Shown: piece after piece, positions 57,030-64,000 of the stretch
Position numbering within the stretch: the stretch's first letter is position 1
How the letters are laid out: each line of letters opens with the position of its first letter
Assembly: GCA_021613535.1 (NCBI GenBank)
Contig: CP075497.1
Location: forward strand, 9,548,001 to 9,612,000
From: Adineta vaga
Lineage: Eukaryota; Animalia; Rotifera
Direction of reading: 5' to 3'
Length of the DNA stretch: 64,000 bases
Position numbers and translations under genes: made by a program
The notes under the pieces: model-generated
The model's database searches: none
What the model was told of the DNA's origin: nothing
The model's input: the letters and a program-made list of their open reading frames with translations, nothing else

Positions 57030-58033
57030 TTAAACTTTTGTTTGTCGAACAAATCGAATTTGTTCAGATGGAACAAAACGTTCGGATAGAGTTGGTTGTA
57101 TTAAAATCGAATTGGTTCGTTTTTCATCTTCATCATTCATTGACAATGTAGATGAAGTTGATGAAATTTTCATTTCAACAGTTACGGACGTAAAAAATGA
57201 AATGATTATTAACGCTAAAACGATTAATATACAAATATAAGATGCACCAATATGTATATCTAAGGAATTTTCAATTTGTTGAATAATTAATTCTAAATCT
57301 TTTGTAAATGTATAGATTTGTATTCGAGAATAATGTTGTCGCATGGAATCGAATAAATATAGTGGTTCAACAAGACGATTGCTATTGAATTGTATAAGAA
57401 TAATAATAAGAAAAATAAACGATGTTAATAATGATAAAAGTGAAAATAAACGAAGTAAACTATCATTGAAACAAAATGTATTACATTGTTGTCGAGATAA
57501 TCGTAGAATATTAATAGAAAAGAAGAAGATTTCTAAACTGATTAGTAGTATTAAAAATGTATGAATGATTTTTGCATAGGACGGTGTTTGACATGTACAT
57601 TTGGTATTATTATTGATTATAAGAAGATTTGAAAAAATACATTGATGATGATAATTAATATGATGACATAGACGATAGTTTGTCTCTGAAAATGATGGAA
57701 GATAATTCTGTCCACATTCTCCACCAACGATACAATGAGTTGTTAAACCAAATGAATGTGTTTCATCTACGAAATAGAAAAGAAATGCATTGTTGTCGTT
57801 TTGTTTGCTATGAATTTACCTCGTCGATAGAGTATTGAGATATATTTATCAAGTTCTCCACGAATTAATGGATCCATCGTTTGATCTTCAGATAAAACAT
57901 TAGGAGTATATGTTGACCGGAGTTGTATATATTTCCAATTTGGTAAATATAATGCAAACAAACTTAGAATGAACGATGCCAAACTAAGAATGAGTGATAA
58001 AATAACAAAAATCCGTACGAACGACTGCTTCAT
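57030..58033 (-). CDS. Claudin/PMP22-superfamily-like four-TM membrane protein
   Basis: Two exons (58033-~57820 and ~57766-57030). TM1 followed by PNW; SFGLTTHC...EC; three more TM segments; GASY before TM4; C-terminal QTKV is a class I PDZ ligand. Confidence 0.65.
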
Positions 58034-61000
58034 TCATTCATTCAGATAATTATCATCGACACAAAAAAGAATTTGACTATTCGGTATTTGGAGAAGTTAA
58101 ATAATCATAAAATAATTGATGTCATATCTGAAAATACAGATTAAAAATTAATCTTAAGAATCAACTGTCTATTAACATTCGTAATAGAATCTTTTTTCAT
58201 AGAAAAGACTCTTCTCAAACAGAATTATGGAGAAGAAAAGATGATTACATACCTGTCTAATGTCAGTCAAAATTGAAGTACTAGAAATAATTTGAGACGT
58301 GTGTCGTCGATCTAGCTGTATTTGTGCTGATGCGTTACAATTAGTTATTAAAGCAGAAAAAAAGACATTATCACGTAGAAAGACAGAAGAGCGAAGAGAA
58401 AAAAGCCAGTGAGCGTATATAAAAACTGTGTGTTTATGACAATCTGACATCATAATGGATTTTTTCTTCTTGTTTCGTATAATTTATGTGGTTAGTGACA
58501 GGTGTATATGAATCTATGTGTACGTTACTCATAAACTAAAATAGTAGCGGATGTGCGTCCGTATTTATGTCAGCTCAATGAGCAGTGATGTTCCTCCCTT
58601 CTCTTCATTCCCTTGTTCAAAGGATTACAGAAATAAAGATAGATAGATGGATAGATAGATAAAAACTAGAGAGAGAGAGAGAGCAAAAGAGCACAAGAGA
58701 CAGAGAAATAGAAAAAGACTCTGAGAATATGTTGGTCACGTATTCATTATATACGAGAGATAGGCGTGCTAATATATTAGTAAAATGATTCTCTGCTTCA
58801 CCTGCACACATACATATATACGTACCCTTTCTAACACTTTATGTAATGTCAATGAATAGTTGTAATAGTAATTCGGACACTTTGTTTCTTTTTCCCTTTA
58901 TGTCAATCTTCTTTTCATATTAAATAGACAGACAGTCAGGCGTAGAAAAAGTAGTAATTCAAAAGAATACCGCCGTTTTCTTTTTTTTAGGAGAAGATGG
59001 AAAAAAACCTAGTAGAAGAGAGAGAAAAAAAGAAAGAAAACTGTAGTTATTTGAATTATTCTGATGATTTTGTTTGCATATTGATTTTAAATAGACGTCA
59101 AGTTACCAACGTCTCTGATCACATCACTTCTTTCTCTCTTGAGTTGACAGATAAAAAAGAACGGCATATGAAGAAGTGATAGAACGATTAAAAGAAAGCA
59201 TCAAGTGTCGATACACATGTGGATGTGAATTGATATCTTTGAAAAAACATCAATGTCTAGAGAGTGTGCTGTACAGAATAAGTGAGTGGCTAACTAAGTA
59301 AATGAAACAACTACTGTGCCTTCATTACGTGCAAATGTTCGAGAGGGAGGATATGACTTTTTATGAAGAATTCACACTCGGAAATCTTGTCAATGCAGTT
59401 CTCTTCTATTGTATAGTAAGCGATGTCACTTTTCTCTTTTCCTCTCTCTCTCTCTTTGTTACATTTTTTTTAAATAGGCGCCCAGAGAGATAAAAAGAAG
59501 ACTTAATAAGTTCATTGTTTGTATCGAGCATAGAAAAAGAGAAAAAGGTGTGGACGATTATTGAAAGATTTTAATCCCATGAGAAAAGGTAATGCAAGTA
59601 GAATTGGTCAGAAAATATGATAAATGAGATCTGACATGCTTGCAATGTCTAAATTAATTTTTCTTTACTAGTTCATTCTCTGGTGTCTGTACTTGTTCGA
59701 TGAAAAGAACAGAATGAGAAGAAAATCGGTTGAATTTTTTTCCTAGACACTCATCGAAGGTTCGATTATAAAGATTCCAGTGGGATTTGTAGCATGACTA
59801 AACTGTCATTGTGGCTGACTAGGCCGTGTATATGTACGTCATTCGAACAAATATTTGATGATAATGGATGCAAGAGACAAAAAAACTCCGACAGACAACA
59901 TTTCCGGACGTGTAAAACATCAGAACATTGATTTTTGAAGCAATGTACAAGATTGATTGATCTTTTTTTCTTCTCTTGTTCTATTCTTGACTTTTTTTCT
60001 TCTCCTCGTTATTTGACAGGTGGGAGACAATGAACAGGAAATCTGTCGAGTATCTCCTTTTCAGCTCATTACGAAAAAATAGATCATTCATCATCATTAT
60101 TATTCGTGTTCTGTATTCTTGACTAGATAGCATCAAATACTTGTTTGTTTAACACAACAGATAGTCAGACAAACATCATTTCCATAAATGAAGGAAAAAT
60201 AAAACATTGATTTCTTCATTTCTTCTTCGTAAACATCTATAGGCATTAATGTACGTGCCTAGATTCTTGTTCTCAAGTAATAAATAACCATAGATATGTA
60301 TATATACATCAATCTAATGAATTAACGAGAAACAGATTACTTCTCTTAACGATACTTATACATATCTAGTAAGGTTCATCTTGTTACATTAAAATTCACC
60401 TTGCCATATTTGTTTACACATTTATAAACAATATGACAAGAAAAATGTGAATCTTTCAAATCAAATCAATTGATAATAGAAAGAAAAAAGTTAAATTTAT
60501 TCTAGCATGAATGAAGAATCAAGTTCTATATATACAAAAGAAATGTCACCTTTGATAATGTGCAAAGTCAGTTATTCAATCGAATATGATTACATCATTC
60601 AATGTTGAATTAGAAAGTTTTAAGAAATATGAAAATCTATTCTTAGAATTGAAATCAATGAAGTTCAAATAAATAGACATGTAATACTTGTAAATTGACA
60701 AGTGAATACAGAATTGTAACATAATGAAAAAGAACTTCCACACATTTTAATGGTATGTCAATAATTTCTAAAAACATTTTAGTCTGTTTATAGAAGTCAA
60801 TTAACACATTAAAATTTTAATAGAAATTAATGACCATTATCAAGGTAAAGTTAAATCAAAAGACTTGAATAAATCCGGTACCATATTGACAAAAAACTTT
60901 GCAAAAGATTATCAATCATATAACGATATTTAGATATCCATTTAGTTGATGAAATGTTTTATTAATCAAAAAAAGACATTAAAATAGCATATTTCTATAA

Positions 61001-61715
61001 GAATTGAATTAGGCTTTATTAAATCATTTAGTTCGATAAAATTGATCTTCGGATATCATCAAAGAACTCAAACAGATAGATATAATTTACCATGTTATGT
61101 GAAAATATCGATCATGTTGCTTAATTCACTTTGAATTACAAGTCGGTCTATTTGTATATTCTCAAGAGACATTGCAGAAATAAAAAAAGGCTTAATCATA
61201 TTCCACGTGTCAACTTTGTTTTTTTTCTAGTCAAATATTGTACTCTCTTGAAAACTTACAAGAAAACGGGCATTTCTAAAAAAATATTCATGGGTTAATT
61301 ATAGTTTTTTTAAATATAACTAACGCCCTCTATCGAATAATATGCGTTTTGATGTATGATTTTGACATTTTTTTTCCAGAAATGATTTATACAAAATATA
61401 ATCTGAAAATTTAAAGAAAATGTAATGAGGTATTTGTCAAAAATCTTACTTGATCTTTTTGAAAGACGAATCCGATTGATTCTTTCATTCTCTTTCTTTC
61501 ACGTGGCTATCGTCAGTTGTTACTTGCTACAATTTATCATTCTCTTCTTCTAACCACTCCTCTTCCTTTGATCTTTTAATGATTCTAATCATTGGCAATA
61601 ATTTTTTTTCTTCTATACTCTTGTAGTTCTCTTAATAACTTCTACGGTGCTTGATCAAATCTATATGTATATGTTCTTGTATATGAATTGACCTGCTGGT
61701 CAGATAACTATACTC

Positions 61716-63660
61716 ATGTCTCTTCTAACGGATACAATTGTTGTTACAATCTCTCAAGTATGTTTCTTTTATTTTGAATTGATTGTATCTAAATGAAATG
61801 AATTAAAAAATGAATTTAGATTGTATTTTTCGTTGGTGGTTGGTCGTTTTTCGTTCGTGGTCTATGTCGAAATTATGATGTACGAAATCGTATCGTTATT
61901 CTATGCTTCGCATTAACATTTGCATTGAGTTGTACTATGTTTGAATTGATTATTTTCGAAATTCTTGTTTTCTTGCAACCTGCGTATGTATAATATAATC
62001 TTTATTGCGATCATAAATTCATTTCATATAGATCTCGATATCTTCATTGGCGTATTGGTCTTTATTGTATGCTACTGTTACTTGTATTCTTAATTCCATT
62101 CTATATTGCATATCTATTACTAAATTCAGTTAAAATCGGTAGGATATTTGTTATTTTGAAATTAAATTCATAGTTTTATGACCATTATTTAGTTCGAGAT
62201 TTTCGTCTTGTCATATTTTTTACATTAATTGCGTGGTGTTTTTATTTGTATATGTTCTGGAAACTGGGCAATCCATTTCCGATTTCCAATCGACATGAAT
62301 TCTTTAGTATTGAACAGTGTATAAGTCGAGTTGGAATTATCGGTGTTACAGCAATGGCTATTCTAAGTGGATTTGGTGGTAAGTTAAAAAAACATTCCAC
62401 TCAAAATTAATGTACAATTCAGATGTTTTCTTTCAGCTGTCAATTGTCCATATACATATATGACGTATTTCATTAAAGTAAGTGTAACAAAAATCTATAC
62501 TTTCAAATGGATAAGAATTTTTAATCGTTCGTTTAGCCTGTTACTGATAAAGATATTAGTGATGCACAAAAACGTTTGAAACAAGTCATGGAAATTGTTG
62601 CTACTAAAAAGAAACGTGTTGCTTATATTGAGTATGAAAATTCTTTGAAATCTACATATAATTCTTCATTAAATTCAATGAATAATCGATTGAATTTTTT
62701 CCGTCGAGTATTAAATTCAAGTTTTATGTCACCATCGAATTCAAATATGTCATATAATCTATCAACAATTAAGCAAGATATTGTAACATATGAAGAAATT
62801 TCTTCACAATTATATGGTGTTCTTGTCGATTTACAAGGTGTACAACAACGAATTGAATATTCAAAGACATTGAAAGGCAAATATTTTCATGTCTTAGGAC
62901 ATTTTTTTTCATTATATTGTATATGGAAAATTCTTATCTCATTCATTAATATTATTTTTAATCGAGTGGGAAAAGGTAAGATCAAAGAAATAAATTCAAA
63001 CAAAGAAATTTATTTAAAAAAATATTTTTCTTATTTAGTTGATCCAGTAACACGAGGTATTGAATTAACAGTACATTATTTCAATCTTCAATTCGATGTT
63101 AAATTTTGGTCTCAATATGTTTCATTCATATTGATTGGTATTATTGTTGTTACAAGTATTCGTGGTTTATTAATCACATTAACAAAGGTTAATTAACCAT
63201 TGATTTATCATCATTTTTATCATATTTTCCTTTTTTTGTTCTATAGTTCTTCTATATTATATCCAGTAGTCGTTCGTCAAATGTTATCGTTTTATGTCTT
63301 GCTCAATTGATGGTAGGTAGTTTTCATTGAAAGACTAGGAAATCCGGGATGATTATTTAATGCTTCTTTTCAGGGTATGTATTTCATATCTTCCGTTCTT
63401 CTGATTCGCATGAATATGCCTGCACAATATCGGTACAGTTAATCTTGAAGAGAAGGATATTCTAAATAAAAATAAATTTTGATTTTAGACAAATTATTTC
63501 GCAAGTATTGGGTGATTTACAATTCAATTTCTATCATCGATGGTTCGATTGCATCTTTCTTCTTTCGGCATTATTCAGTATTGGCATTCTTTATTTACAT
63601 TATCGAATATCTCAACAATCAATTACACTCTTTGATAAGAATGTTCAAAAGGTTGAATGA
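61716..63660 (+). CDS. GPR89: Golgi pH regulator (GPR89/GPHR) anion channel
   Basis: Spliced translation includes [120 protein letters not shown] and LQFNFYHRWFD. Confidence 0.96.
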
Positions 63661-64000
63661 ATGAAAACAAAAATTCCGAGTTTCTATTTTTCGTCTTTTT
63701 TTTATTTAGGTTTATTCTTGATATTTGATTCCTATCTTCCGTATGTGTATGAATGTGTATTTGTCAGCAATAAATGCATTTATGGAAAACTATTGTTGAT
63801 TGATGTCTTGTCAAAAGAGAAAAGATTTCGGCTTCTTTTTTTTAACATATGAAACGAGAAATAAACTTATGTATTTAAATTTGAATTATTATTCAAAGAA
63901 AAACGAATATGAGTAAAAGTATTTAATTTGTGACTGATACTGAGGTCAAACAGCATATTAATCAAAAGAAAATTCTACCACCCACATGTTATTTGCATAG

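Noticed and set aside
58100-61600. Repeated TGACA/TGTCA motifs as a Meis-site cluster
   Set aside because: The pentamer is frequent throughout the window, so local enrichment cannot be claimed without counting.

Overview
AT-rich, intron-dense animal genomic DNA with many ~50-70 nt GT-AG introns. The gene style and content suggest a bdelloid rotifer, but that is inference only. I reconstructed 18 protein-coding loci by hand-splicing: Hox3-like, tailless/NR2E1, quaking/how, a PKA-C-like kinase, P2X, a stand-alone MYST acetyltransferase, EOGT, COA1, MAK16, two divergent ankyrin+armadillo (ANKAR-like) paralogues, a peptide-type GPCR, a secreted mucin/chitin-binding protein, a truncated GPCR, a DUF4419 protein, an orphan GPCR, a claudin-like protein and GPR89. 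The strongest signal lies at 26.8-32.4 kb on the minus strand. A four-exon COA1 gene, missed by the ORF track, carries the whole MAK16 gene with its own AATAAA inside intron 2 on the same strand. COA1 is followed 84 nt later by EOGT and then 195 nt later by the MYST gene, and each of these genes has a splice-acceptor-like AG just before its ATG. This is an operon-like unit that may be resolved by SL trans-splicing or alternative processing. Other highlights are a Hox recognition helix built from 6-nt and 17-nt microexons, and a quaking gene with a candidate poison exon and three alternative C-termini. No rRNA, tRNA, CRISPR array or intact transposon was seen. All exon coordinates are manual and all family calls come from remembered motifs, not database searches.
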